From contig NC_134032.1 of the NCBI RefSeq assembly GCF_964204645.1, positions 14,620,275-14,684,274 on the forward strand: 64,000 bases of DNA, in the 5' to 3' direction. The DNA is from Tubulanus polymorphus (taxonomy: Eukaryota > Animalia > Nemertea). Below the pieces are notes generated by a model that saw only the letters and a list, made by a program, of their open reading frames with translations, was not told where the DNA came from and did no database searches. The position numbers were made by a program, and so were the translations under genes. Below, in pieces: positions 27,696-40,696 of this stretch (the stretch's first letter is position 1; every line of letters starts with the position of its first letter).

Positions 27696-27770
27696 CTGAA
27701 CGAGCCGAGTCGACGTCCTCGCGGTACTAGACAAAACGTAGAATCAAACAACAAATCTTTATAATCATAC
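27696..27770 (-). CDS. EXT1: EXT1 exon 2
   Basis: tttttcag|[27 protein letters not shown]|gtacc; 75 nt, phases compatible with flanking exons. Confidence 0.95.
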
Positions 27771-27999
27771 CTGAAAAATAGAAATAAAAACAACTGTAGA
27801 ATATTAAACATGAATGCGCTTAAACATTTCTTCGTCACTGAGAACTAAAATTGTAATGTATTAAAAAAGAATCACGATTTTTAAGTTTGTATTTCGCGTG
27901 TGGTGTTTATCACTGGGAACACAGTGTAGAATCAGTCAATAGACTTAAGGCTTTACAGCAGGCTTAATATTAACCATTAACCTCATTCACAGGTAGCCA

Positions 28000-28323
28000 T
28001 TGAGAGAGGGAAAGGGAGAGAGGGAAGAGGGAGAGAGGGAGGAGGGAGAGAGGGGAGAGAGGGAAGAGGGAGAGAGGGGAGGGAGAGGGAGGGAGAAGGG
28101 AGAGAGGGGAGGGAGAGGGAGGGAGGGAGAAGGGAGAGAGGGGAGGGAGAGGGAGGGAGAGATAAGGGAGAGAGGGGGAGGGAGAGGGAGGGAGAGATAA
28201 GGGGGAGGGAGAGAAGGGAGAGAGGGGAGGGAAGAGGGAGAGAGGGAGGGGGAGAGAGGGAGGGAGAGATAAGGGAGAGGGGGAGGGAGAGAGGGAGAGA
28301 GAAGGGAGAGAGGGGAGGGAGGG
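28000..28323. repeat. Polypurine GA-rich tract (others at 30475-30955, 33420-33878, 56670-57000)
   Basis: Almost exclusively G/A on the + strand. Confidence 0.95.
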
Positions 28324-28720
28324 ATAATATAACTGATCAACTGTAATAGAGTGTGATGTAAAATATAAGAGCTTTATTTGTCGATGCTAATATATAATAT
28401 TTCCAGCCCAAATACTGAGTAAGAGTTTCAGAATAGCTATCACAGATCTTAATGCGTAAATGTAAGTCTGAATTCTATTGTATTTCAGTTATTTTACTGA
28501 TAAAAACTGACAATTACTGAATTGAGAATTAACACATTTCAAATACTAAATACCATACATTAGTGAGATGAGGTCAGATGTTTAGATGACATATGCATAA
28601 ACACAAAGTACGACTGACCGGTCACTACTGTGTTTAAGCCCTATTCATGACCACAGATCACATGTCACATGAGCCTGTCACATGTAAACTCTAGATCTCA
28701 TAACTATCAGTGACATCATT

Positions 28721-29250
28721 TCAGCCAATCAAACCCTAACCCTAGGTCAGCTGACCACCTGTGACATGATACTCCTAGTCAGCCAATCAAACCCTAACCC
28801 TAGGTCAGGTGACCACCTGTGACATGATACTCCTAGTCAGCCAATCAAACCCTAACCCTAGGTCAGGTGACCACCTGTGACATGATACTCCTAGTCAGCC
28901 AATCAAACCCTAACCCTAGGTCAGGTGACCACCTGTGACATGATACTCCTAGTCAGCCAATCAAACCCTAACCCTAGGTCAGGTGACCACCTGTGACATG
29001 ATACTCCTAGTCAGCCAATCAAACCCTAACCCTAGGTCAGGTGACCACCTGTGACATGATACTCCTAGCCAGCCAATCAAACTATAACCCTAGGTCAGGT
29101 GACCACCTGTGACATGATACTCCTAGCCAGCCAATCAAACCCTAACCCTAGGTCAGGTGACCACCTGTGATATGACATTCTTAGCTAGCCAATCAAACTC
29201 CTTGTCAGCCAATCAAACTATAACTGTAGGTCAGGTGACCACCTGTGAAA
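28721..29250. repeat. 58-bp minisatellite x about 9 (related arrays 37300-37460, 42295-42630)
   Basis: agccaatcaaaccctaaccctaggtcaggtgaccacctgtgacatgatactcctagtc. Confidence 0.95.
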
Positions 29251-29634
29251 TGCTATCAGAAATTGAAAGCTGTTTTCTGTTGTTATGAGTTTAAGGGAAA
29301 AATAATAGACTTTCTGTGCTTGAAATAATGTTGTTTTACTGCCAATAAAAACAAACACAGAAGCCATAGAAGAATAAACACAGAAGCCATCAAGAGATCT
29401 GTATGTTCAGGAATCTTTATCCTTTCCTCAGTACACACTCGTACCAGTAGATCGAGAATCTCCTCTCTCCATCTCCTCTCCTCTCTCCCCCTCTCTACGA
29501 GCAATAAAATGTTCAAAAGTGTTTTAAAGCATTGATAAGTTATTAGCCATCTGTTTGTTTTCTGTGTTGATAACTGATAACATTCTATTAGTACCTCTAC
29601 ACATCACCTACAACCCCTGAATTACACATCACCT

Positions 29635-30273
29635 ACAAGCATCGATATCTCACATCACAAGCATCGATATCTCACATCACAAGCCTCGATATCTCACATC
29701 ACAAGCCTCGATATCTCGAGTCACAAGCCTCGATATCTCGCGTCACAAGCCTCGATATCTCACGTCGCAACCCTCGATATCTCGCGTCACAGGCCTCGAT
29801 ATCTCGCATCACAAGCCTCGATATCTCTCGTCACAAGCCTCGATATCTCACGTCACAAGCCTCGATATCTCACGTCACAAGCCTCTATATCTCACGTCAC
29901 AAGCCTCGATATCTCACATCACAAGCCTCGATATCTCGAGTCACAAGCCTCGATATCTGACGTCGCAAGCCTCGATATCTCACGTCACAAGCCTCGATAT
30001 CTCGCGTCACAAGCCTCGCCATCTCACGTCACAAGCCTCGTTATCTCACGTCACAAGCCTCGATATCTTGAGTCACAAGCCTCGATATATCGCGTCACAA
30101 GCCTCGATATCTCACGTCGCAACCCTCGATATCTCGCGTCACAGGCCTCGATATCTCGCGTCACAAGCCTCGATATCTCACGTCACAAGCCTCGATATCT
30201 CGCGTCACAAGCCTCGATATCTCGCGTCACAAGCCTCGACATCTCACGTCACAAGCCTCTATATCTCGCGTCA
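29635..30273. repeat. 22-bp CpG-rich minisatellite x about 29
   Basis: tcacaagcctcgatatctcacg. Confidence 0.95.
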
Positions 30274-32731
30274 CCCTTGTTGCAGAATTCTGTTAATCAC
30301 ATTAAAATTCCGAATAGATTCCGATGAAAGCGTCTAGTACTAAATGTGTATAGAAAGCTTTCTCCATACATCGATACAGCACCATTCGCAGTTGCTTCAG
30401 GCATAGAATGCAAAATATAAAACCAAGATGAGCGCATGGGCCAAAAATCTTAATCTATTGTTACTCAAATATTGAGAAAGAGGAGAGAAAAGAGAGAAGA
30501 GAGGAAAGAAAATAGAGGGGAGAGAAAAGAGAGAAAGAGAGAGGGGAGAGATTGCTGGAGACTATACCGCTTGTGAGAGCTGATGGGAAAACACTTAGAA
30601 ATTCATTAATCTTGATTAAGATCTGAGAGAACTCAAGTTCATCACGAAAAACACTGTTCAGAGAGAGGAGAGAGAGGGGCAAGAGGAGAGAGGGGTGAGA
30701 GGAGAGAGGGGTGGGAGGAGAGAGGTGAGAGAGGGGCAAGAGGAGAGAGGGGGATGAGAGGGGTGTGAGAAGAAAGGGGTGAAAGGAGAGAGAAGTGAGA
30801 GGAAAGAGGGGAGAGAGGGGTGAGAGGAAAGAGGGGAGAGGGGTGAGAGGAAATAGGGGAGACAGGGGTGAGAGGAAAGAGGGGAGAGAGGGGTGAGAGG
30901 AGAGAGAGGGGAGAGAGGAAAGAGGAGTGAGAGGAGAGCGGGGTGAGAGAGAGTTAACACATTCATAGCACGGACTACAGATTGTTGAGAGAGCGAGAGA
31001 GAGCGATGATGTTACAGATGTTGCTGAATGATGCTGTGTGCTGTCTGTAGAGAGCTACAGATCTTTGATTTCTCACTCACTCAAGTGAAGTTGAATTGAT
31101 GCATTTAATGCAAATCAATGATTTAACATTAGATCAATATGTTGGTAATGTATCACAATCACGGCTCAAATAGCAACTAGGTGACCGTTTATCCATCCTG
31201 TTAGATTCAACGGGGTAGCACCACTCTTATTTCACTTTTCTTCCCGACTATTTCTGTTGTTTTCCCTGGCTTGATCCGATAAGAATTCAATCCGTTAACA
31301 TAGGCGTCCCCAAGGGGTGCGCGGGGTTAGCGGACGCACCCCCTTTTCTAATAGCTAACTTCTCAAGTTACTACGTAATGTTCAAGATTTTTCTTACCAA
31401 TTTGACTAAAGTCTTTTACCTCTAAATGATTCAGAGCCTGGAAAACGTCTCTAAAGCCTCCAATTTTTAAAAAGTTTTTTGGGGGTCGGCCCACCAAACA
31501 CCAGACATTGTGCTTGGATGCTGGATTGATGCTAATTCAAACCCCCTATGAAAATTCCTATGGTTAACACAGTCAAACACATACAACATAGACGTAAACT
31601 GTTTGATTATACGCATGATCAAACCTCCACATATTTCACTGACTTTTCCCGGATTTTTTTGTGTTTTCCTGAATTTTTTTTCAAGTAAAAAAATTCCCCG
31701 AATTTTCCCCGATTTCCGTGATTTTCAGGTTAGCGGCGTCGACCTGTTCGATTCGTTCAGCACGCAGTAAATAACAATAGATGTCTTTTAAGCTCCTTTA
31801 AGAAATTGGAAATGATCATTCTTCACTCTATAGCCGCGATCTGATGGCGCGGACCCGAGTCAAATTTGTCCCGTGCCTAATTAGAGATCGCGTTCACACG
31901 TAAACCACTAACTCAATACTAAACAATGCTTAAACAAAGCGATTTGAGTCATTTCCAAAACCAGTAGTAATTCAGACGCAATCATTTGTCCAGTGTGAAA
32001 ATTTAGCTCGGGCCTGGTCCGACGTATTTGGTCGGGGCCGCCAGGCAGGGCCTATTTGGCACCCGTGTGAACAATTGTTGGGGGCAAAATGGTGAAATGC
32101 TGAACAATATTCAACACCCCTCAGGAAATACATACCCCCCCCGGTAATCAATGAGTTAGAATCATAGAACGTGTCCTCTGCTAACACTTTGCAATTGATC
32201 ATAGTTTAAAAAATATGCCTAAGTTGATAATCATAATAAAAATAATAATAAAAATAATAATAATAATGATAATAATAATAATAATAATTGACATTTATAA
32301 AGCGCAGGTATCCAAACTAGAGTCCTATTCAAATGCGCTCCGAATTTGGTATTACCGAGTTTGAGAGCATCCTTTCAATTGTGTATTTCGCAATCCAAAC
32401 ATATTCATTTTCTTTAGGCGACCATTAATACAGACATAGATAAAAATTCATCATCTATCTTAGTGTTGTCGCAAGGGAACGTGATTCTGTATGCCAGACG
32501 AGAGAATCGCGCCACTGATTGCCGTATATATGATCACAACCAACATCGGTTTATATCTGATTTATAAATCTCAGATCTGTCATCTTGAAGCTATAACAAT
32601 ATTCATATCATATTCTCGGTCTATTTCTGGATATACGCAGTGAGACCCGATATATACAGATACATATCTCTCTTATCTTTATACAATAGACGGTCAACTC
32701 AGATATTTTCAAACAAGATCAAATTATTCCA

Positions 32732-33345
32732 ACTTGAGAGTGATATCTCATTGGGACGATACAGACTCCTCTCAAGTCGGATCTTTTGACTTGAGAGTGA
32801 TATCTGAGTTGGATGGCACAGTAGACTCCGCTCAAGTCGGATCTTTTGACTTGAGAGTTATATCTGAGTTGGATGATACAGTAGACTCCGCTCAAGTCGG
32901 ATCTTTTGACTTGAGAGTGATATCTGAGTTGGATGGTACAGTAGACTCCGCTCAAGTCGGATCTTTTGACTTGAGAGTGATATCTGAGTTGGATGGCACA
33001 GTAGACTCCGCTCAAGTCGGATCTTTTGACTTGAGAGTTATATCTGAGTTGGATGGTACAGTAGACTCCGCTCAAGTCGGATCTTTTGACTTGAGAGTGA
33101 TATCTGAGTTGGATGGTACAGTAGACTCCGCTCAAGTCAGATCTTTTGACTTGAGAGTGATATCTGAGTTGGATGGTACAGTAGACTCCGCTCAAGTCGG
33201 ATCTTTTGACTTGAGAGTGATATCTGAGTTGGATGGTACAGTAGACCCTGCTCAAGTCGGATCTTTTGACTTGAGAGTGATATCTGAGTTGGATGGTACA
33301 GTAGACTCAGCTCAAGTCGGATCTTTTGACTAGAGAGTGATACTT
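32732..33345. repeat. 60-bp minisatellite x10 with internal hairpin
   Basis: Unit contains ctcaagtc-ggatctttt-gacttgag. Confidence 0.95.
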
Positions 33346-33720
33346 GAGCAAAATTGAAATGAAATCATGGCAGGTTTGGGTATAAGACTAAATTCTAAAT
33401 TTAACATGCGGGCGGGAGGAAGAGAGAGCAGAGAGCGAGAGAGCGAGAGAGAGCGAGAGAGAGGAGAGAGAGAGCGAGAGAGAGCGAGAGAGAGCGGAGG
33501 GAGAGGGAGAGGAGAGAGGGAGGAGAGGGAGAGGGAGGGAGCAAGAGAGAGAGAGGGAGAGAGGGGAGAGGAGAGCGAGAGAGAGAGCGAAGAGAGCGAG
33601 AGAGAGCGAGAGAGCGAGAGAGAGCGAGAGAGAGCGAGAGAGAGCGAGAGAGAGCGAGAGAGCGAGAGAGAGCGAGAGAGCGAGAGAGCGAGAGCGAGAG
33701 AGAGCGAGAGAGAGCGAGAG

Positions 33721-33756
<36 letters not shown>

Positions 33757-35291
33757 CGGGGAGAGGAGAGGGAGGGGAGGGGAGGGGGAAGGGAGGGAGA
33801 GAGGGGAGGGAAAGAGGAAGAGAGGGAAGGGGGAGGGAAGGGAAGGGAGAGGGAGAGGGAGAGAGAGAGGGAGAGAGACTAATAAGTGAAATAAGAAATC
33901 CCAGGATCACAGACTGCAACAGACGAAAATCAAATGTAAAGAAAAATGTAGTCCAATTTCAAGACAAATTATAGGAGTGAATTAAACCACAACCAAGAAA
34001 TAAAACAGTGAAATATAAAGTTCAACATTGAAATTTATCAACACAAGATGATTTTAATCTCTTCAGAGATGAAACCAGCTTATAACTGATGTTTAAAATT
34101 AAATCTCAAGTTGAATTGAACAAGCCAAGGTACAGATAGTTCGGCCAATTATTAGTTGAAATACGATTTGACTAGCAAAAAAGTCAGTAGTAAATTGGTA
34201 CGTTCAATTTTATAACGCAGCAATTAAGACTAAAGACCAATAAAACTGATCCAGGTTCATTGTAAATTTCATAACGGATGATCTCTATGCGTGTGAGTAG
34301 AGGTCAATCGCTGGTCCTGTCCGGTCCGGTGATAACCGATGTGCGCGCGTGAATGCATAGATCTGGCTAGGTCCATTCAAAATAAGTCAGTTCCTAGTCC
34401 GGACCAAATAAGAACTGACTAACCAGCGCGAACTCACGTTCAAAACATGCAAATATTTACAGTCAGTCTATCCACAGAAAAAATTAAAATATTTTCCAAG
34501 TTTTACCGACTGACAAAAAACAGTTTCAACAACGCAATGAATAATTAAAGGGCCCTCATAACAATTTAGACGAGTGCCTTCCGAGGGTTTTCTGTTTACA
34601 AACGCTTTTCCCGGAAATACTTCACACAAATCCGATAGTCATATAGTGTAGTGTATGATATGTTTTTCGTTATATCATTCGGAGTTTGATGGGAAATAAT
34701 TATTGGTTCAATAAGGTCAACGAAATGATAGTTAATGATATAGTCGGTGAATGATTAGGTGATGGCAACCAGACACTACTGGGTTCTTACAGATCGACAA
34801 ATCCATAATTCCCTGATATTTCCCTGACCCTTGACCGAAAATTCCCCGATTTAATCATAAGATATCCTCAGTGGCAGCTGTTTCTTATCAAGAGGTTCCC
34901 TGTGCTACTCGACACAGCAAGACCAGCAAGGGCCCAAAATTTTAAAGTCTCTGATTTCGTAGAAATGAGTCAGAATTCCCTGATTTCTGTGCAGGCAAAA
35001 ATAATCCAGAATTCCTTGATTTTCACTAATTTCCCCGAACCTAAGAACCGTGATATACAGTGGCCAATTACTGATGAGCCGTGAATGCAATGAGTGCCGA
35101 TAAAACCTGTAAATATTGATCAATGATAGCTGGAAATAATTACTGTGTTGATCGGCTGCCGCTGGTGATGTTTGTCGATTACTACTGATGAAATGTTTTG
35201 ATTGGTTCTGTCTAAACACTGCGACACTGTTAGTCAAACAAGGGACATCTAGTTAAACATCATTCCTGTATCGAACTACATAGAAAAACTG

Positions 35292-35750
35292 GGGACATCC
35301 AGCAACATCTCTTATCAGATGAAGGGACATCCAGCAACATCTCCGATCAGATGAAGGGACATCCAGCAACATCTCCGATCACATGAAGGGACATCCAGCA
35401 ACATCTCCGATCAGATGAAGGGACATCCAGCAACATCTCCGATCACATGAAGGGACATCCAGCAACATCTCCGATCACATGAAGGGACATCCAGCAACAT
35501 CTCCGATCACATGAAGGGACATCCAGCAACATCTCCGATCACATGAAGGGACATCCAGCAACATCTCCGATCACATGAAGGGACATCCAGCAACATCTCC
35601 GATCACATGAAGGGACATCCAGCAACATCTCCGATCACATGAAGGGACATCCAGCAACATCTCCGATCACGTGAAGGGACATCCAGCAACATCTCCGATC
35701 ACATGAAGGGACATCCAGCAACATCTCCGATCACATGAAGAGACATCCAG
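35292..35750. repeat. 32-bp minisatellite x about 14
   Basis: gaagggacatccagcaacatctccgatcacat; remnants at 36415-36500. Confidence 0.95.
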
Positions 35751-37803
35751 GAAGAAAGACACTCTAAATATTTGGATGGATATATGAAAGCTGTGGGTAC
35801 TGGAGTGTGTAATGGGTAGTGTAGTGTGATCTGTGTGCATTTGTGGCCAGCACACAGATCACATTGTTCAATGGGGTTTGGTCCAAGACTCGCGAGATTT
35901 TCAACAACACGGAAGTAACGTGTAATAAATGGTGACTTGAATTGCATGACTACCTACCACCCCTCATTATTGTTGGAAAACTAAACGTTCGGCACTGACT
36001 AAAAATTAGTAATAACATTTTAGAAATGGCCAGAATTTTAACTTAGGTTCTATCTTATTTTTATTTTACGATTGTGTTTGGTATAATTTTTTTTTAAACG
36101 GCCGTTAAGGCTTCATGTTTCGGTCTGCAATTCACTGCAAATAGTTACGCAACTACGCACATTTCAGTGTTTTATGGCAGCTGTACACTCAATCGGCGCC
36201 GTTCGTGACTAGCTTCACTGCGGAATTATCATTAATTAACATCGCCATATCACATCATCAACTTATATTGTGTCTTAAAACCCTAACAGCCGAAATAATT
36301 GAAATGCACACATGATTTCTATCATTGAAAATTGAGAGAGTGGCCATGTTTGTGTTCTGCTGCTTCGCGTAAATCCCGCGCCGTGGCGCAACCGCGCAGA
36401 GTGGGGCCGATACGTCTAGCAACATCTCTGATCAGATAAAGGGATATCCAGCAAAATCTCCAATCACATTAAGGGACATCCAGCAACATCTCTGATCATA
36501 TCACCTAAATTATGGGTTTAATCTAGTAATGCTAAGCGAGATAAATGACTAATATATTCTCTGCAACAGCCGTTTATACATGATAATAATGGAAATCCGA
36601 GTAGTTATAAAACTTTTTAAAACCGAAATTCAACCATATGTGACATAAGTATACATACCACATCACATGCCCTACATTTCCCCACCCAGCATTCAGAAAA
36701 CAGAAACGGTGCAATGATTGAGTCGTTGATACTAATGAGAGTAAAGTGAGTATGACACATCTAATGAACAGGCAGCAGGCGAAAGTGTCGGCAAGTGTCT
36801 CATCGAGATTCATGGCAAGCTGTTAATATACAAGTCACAGGGTAAAAAACCGTGGTTACAGGGAGGGAGGCAGGCAGGGAGGGAGACAGGCAAGGAGGGA
36901 GGCAGGCAGGGAATGAGGCAGGCAGGGAGGCATGGAGGGAGGCAGGCAGGCAGGCAGGGAGGCAGGCAGGAAGGGAGGCAGGCAGGGAGAATATATATAT
37001 GTACATGTACATCTCAGTGTTTTGGAATTGTTTATGGTATTTCAGGATATTTCAGACACGCGCTATAGGCTATAAACACACTACCAGACACAGTAAAATA
37101 CACCGCATTATTTACTGCATCGTTTGTTTCAATAGATTTTTATTCACTGATGAAAAATATCTCGCTGTCTGTGTTTGTATCTGCTCGCTCTCTGCAGGTC
37201 ATTTTTAGGTTGACGTTTATAAGAATTGAAGTTAAGAACAATGAATAATCACATGTGATATGAGCATGTTACATGTAAACTCTAGATCACATGACTACTT
37301 GTGACATCATACTCCTAGCCAACCAATCAAACCCCAACCTTAGGTCACATGACCACCAGTGACATCTATATCCTAGCCAGCCAATCAAACCCTAACCTTA
37401 GGTCACATGACTATCTGTAACATGGAATCCTAGCCAGCCAATCATAGCTTAACCCTAGTTTGGCTGACGAACTGTGACATGTAATCAGAAGCCAAGTCAG
37501 TCCTCACTGAAATCCATTCACAATGTTCTCATGACTTTTAACCATTTTTAACCACATTATAATTCAGAGAAACAAAACAAGCAAATAAAATTCATTATCA
37601 TAATTGTTGATAACTTTATTTTTGTGAATACATCACAACCTCTGAAGATGTCAAATTGTGTAATTATGATATTTCATGAAATTAATAAAAGGAAAATTAC
37701 TTACAAATATCGATATTTTAGTAACATCGAGAATAAACTGAAAACCGAGACACAAAATTTATAATAAGCGAGATCTGGTGATTTCGATATTATCTGACAA
37801 AAG

Positions 37804-38550
37804 TTACTTATCACTGATAGGTAAAACTTCCCATAATTCCAAGTCCACAACATATTCTCCAATTTTTCCCATTTCGTGCCATATTTTCTTCAGTTTCAAG
37901 TTTGCTTTTTTCGCTTTATCATCGAGAACTTTAAGAATGCCGTACGCGGCGGAGAAAGCCATAATAACCCTGCCGCCCGGACGTAGGTGTCCGTGGGCTC
38001 CGGTTATAAAACGCCCGATAGCCTCGTAGCCGGGGTCAGCCATAGATCTGTCCAGCATCGTTAAATCATCAGCCATTTCGATTGGCATGAAATTATACGG
38101 AACGTGCCAGAAAATCAAATCAAACTTTTCATCTTCGCGAATATTTTCGTAAACGTCGGAATATCGCACGTCTCCCGGGACGGCGTAACGCTCAAAATTC
38201 ACTTTAGTATTCTCTAAAGCTTGTTGGTTGATGTCGGTTGCCAACATGTAACTGAGCTTCGATTTATTACGTAAATAATGTACGACGCTCATGCAACCAG
38301 TACCGCATCCGATTTCTAACATTCTAGCGCCCTCTACTGTCTGTTCCGGTAAATTCAACGCCTGCTGTTCATGACCGTTCAGGAAAAAAACGTCGAGAAA
38401 ATTAACGAATTTCTGACCGCAAAATTCAAACTCGCGTCGACCTCCGTTTTCCGTCATAAATTTCTGATTATTTTCGATCAGTTCTTGACTTTCTTCAAAC
38501 ATGGCTGTCCGTTTAGCGAGTTCTTCTTGATCGAGAAAAGCATCCACCAT
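37804..38550 (-). CDS. Intronless class I SAM-dependent methyltransferase (HemK/MTase-small-like), copy A, nested in EXT1 intron 1
   Basis: 248-aa ORF; motif I MLEIGCGTG, post-I ATDIN, SDVY, motif IV variant FDLIFWHVPY, HLRPGG. AAAATGG start context; AATAAA at 37615-37620. Confidence 0.9.
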   Translation of the reverse strand: MVDAFLDQEELAKRTAMFEESQELIENNQKFMTENGGRREFEFCGQKFVNFLDVFFLNGHEQQALNLPEQTVEGARMLEIGCGTGCMSVVHYLRNKSKLSYMLATDINQQALENTKVNFERYAVPGDVRYSDVYENIREDEKFDLIFWHVPYNFMPIEMADDLTMLDRSMADPGYEAIGRFITGAHGHLRPGGRVIMAFSAAYGILKVLDDKAKKANLKLKKIWHEMGKIGEYVVDLELWEVLPISDK

Positions 38551-39908
38551 TTTGCCGAGGAATATTACTAAAGATGAGTTGAATTTAAGACACTGACGAC
38601 AGCAGATAGACAGACGTTTAAACAGCAGTTAAGACCAGACGTTTAGACAGTGGTAGCGGGTAATAATGCAACGTTTCTGGTAGTGTGATAATCCTTAGAA
38701 CAAAATTCATCCTCATGAATTTATTTTTGCTAGTAATCAGTACTGCACAGGTTGCGTGTGAGATTTGACAATATGAAGGCAATCCGATATATTCTGAACA
38801 TTTACTCATAATCAATCATGAATATATTAGAAATGTGTTAACAGGCCGAAGTGCTGATTTTGGCGAACAACAATGGCTGCCGTTCAGCCATCTTGATTCT
38901 GACGGGGCCAGTTTTTGGGCTGAAGATGTGTCTAGGGTAGATACATGTGTAACCCAAATATCAAGACATTACATTGAAGCGTCTTCAAAACTTCCTAAAA
39001 TAACTGGATTCCGTCTATGGACGGACGAACTGACGGACGGACGAAAAGTGAACAGTTATCCGAATAGTTATAAAACTTTTTAAAACCGAAATTCAACCAT
39101 ATGTGACATAAGTATACATACCACATCACATGCCCTATATTTCCCCACCCAGCATTTAGCAAAACAGAAACGGTGCAATGATTGAGTCGTTGATACTAAT
39201 GATAGTAAAGTGAGTATGACACATCTAATGAACAGGCAGCAGGCAGAAGTGTCGGCAAGTGTCTCATCGAGATTCATGGCAAGCTGTTAATATGCAAGTC
39301 ACAGGGTAAAAAACCGTGGTTACAGGGAGGGAGGGAGGGAGGGAGGCAGGGAGGCAGGCAGGGAGGGAGGGAGGGAGGCAGGCAGGCAAAGGAGACAGGC
39401 AGGGAGACAGGCAGGCAGGGAGGGAGACAGGCAAGGAGGGAGGCAGGCAGGGAATGAGGCAGGCAGGGAGGCATGGAGGGAGGGAGGCAGGCAGGCTGGG
39501 AGACAGGCAGGCAGGGAGGGAGACAGGCAAGGAGGGAGGCAGGCAGGGAATGAGGCAGGCAGGGAGGCATGGAGGGAGGGAGGCAGGCAGGGAGGCAGGC
39601 AGGAAGGGAGGCAGGCAGGGAGAGTATATATATGTACATCTCAGTGTTTTGGAATTATTTATGGTATTTCAGGATATTTCAGACAGCTATAGGCTATAAA
39701 CACACTACCAGACACAGTAAAATACACTGCATCATTCACGGCATCGTTTGTTTCAATAGATTTTTATTCACTGATGAAAAATATCTCGCTGTCTGTGTTG
39801 GTATCTGCTCGCTCTCTGCAGGTCATTTTTAGGTTGACGTTTATAAGAATTGAAGTTAAGAACAATGAATAATCATAGGTCAAGGTCGTTGATCTCAACA
39901 GTCACGAT

Positions 39909-40696
39909 CACAGGGGTTTGGCGATGGGCTTGGATTTTATTTCCGGGTTGTTGATAATCTCGCGAGAATGGCGCTAAATATGAACTGCGAATAAATTCAA
40001 AATATCACGGAAATACCTTGTGTTTATATTGTTTATTTATCCGCTATAAAGTTCTGATAAACAATTGGTCGTTAAGAATCATTATCAGACGGTCGTCACG
40101 CTTTACTATATAAAATCACAAGGGATGAAACGCCAGGCCTCCGCTGTACTTAAATTTTCAGCCAGAAAGTTGGGACAGTCACGTGACATTCTGATGACGT
40201 CATCGCATTTAAAACTTCAACACGAAAAGTTAACATATTCACAGACCGATATCAATTGTCAGATTAGGATTCATATGAAATTAATAACTAATAAAGAATA
40301 AATTATGATCAAATATATAATTCATAGAAAAAAATTGCATTTGAATGTAAGTTATTCTCAAATATTTTTCGTATCATAGTTTCCATCTTATATGCTTCAG
40401 GTTCGCGTTCAGTCAAATAAGAAGCGTTAAGTCACGTGACTGTCCCAACTTTCTGGCTGGCACAACTCTGAAGGCGTTTCATCCCTTGTTATTTTATATA
40501 GTAGCGTGACGACCGTCTGATAATGATTCTTAACGACCAATTGTATATCGAAACTTTATAGCGGATAAATAAACAATATAAACACAAGGTATTTCCGTGA
40601 TATTTTGAATTTATTCGCAGTTCATATTTAGCGCCATTCTCGCGAGATTATCAACAACTCGGAAATAAAATCCAAGCCCATCGCCAAACCCCTGTG
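39909..40696. mobile_element. 788-bp fold-back MITE, copy 2
   Basis: Near-identical to copy 1, with a different perfect 8-bp TSD GTCACGAT. Confidence 0.93.

Noticed and set aside
28721-29250. Interstitial telomere
   Set aside because: Only about two CCCTAA hexamers per 58-bp unit, not a telomeric tract.
32732-33345. CRISPR-like array of palindromic repeats
   Set aside because: The inter-palindrome segments are identical rather than unique spacers; eukaryotic context with no cas genes.
33367-33919. RE/SL-rich ORFs (also 27987-28340, 30461-30966, 39264-39699)
   Set aside because: GA-rich or GGCA microsatellite artefacts.
38551-38580. Splicing of EXT1 exon 1 onto the MTase via catctttag to make a fusion protein
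   Set aside because: The acceptor is 17 nt before the ATG; with the phase-2 EXT1 donor the MTase would be out of frame.
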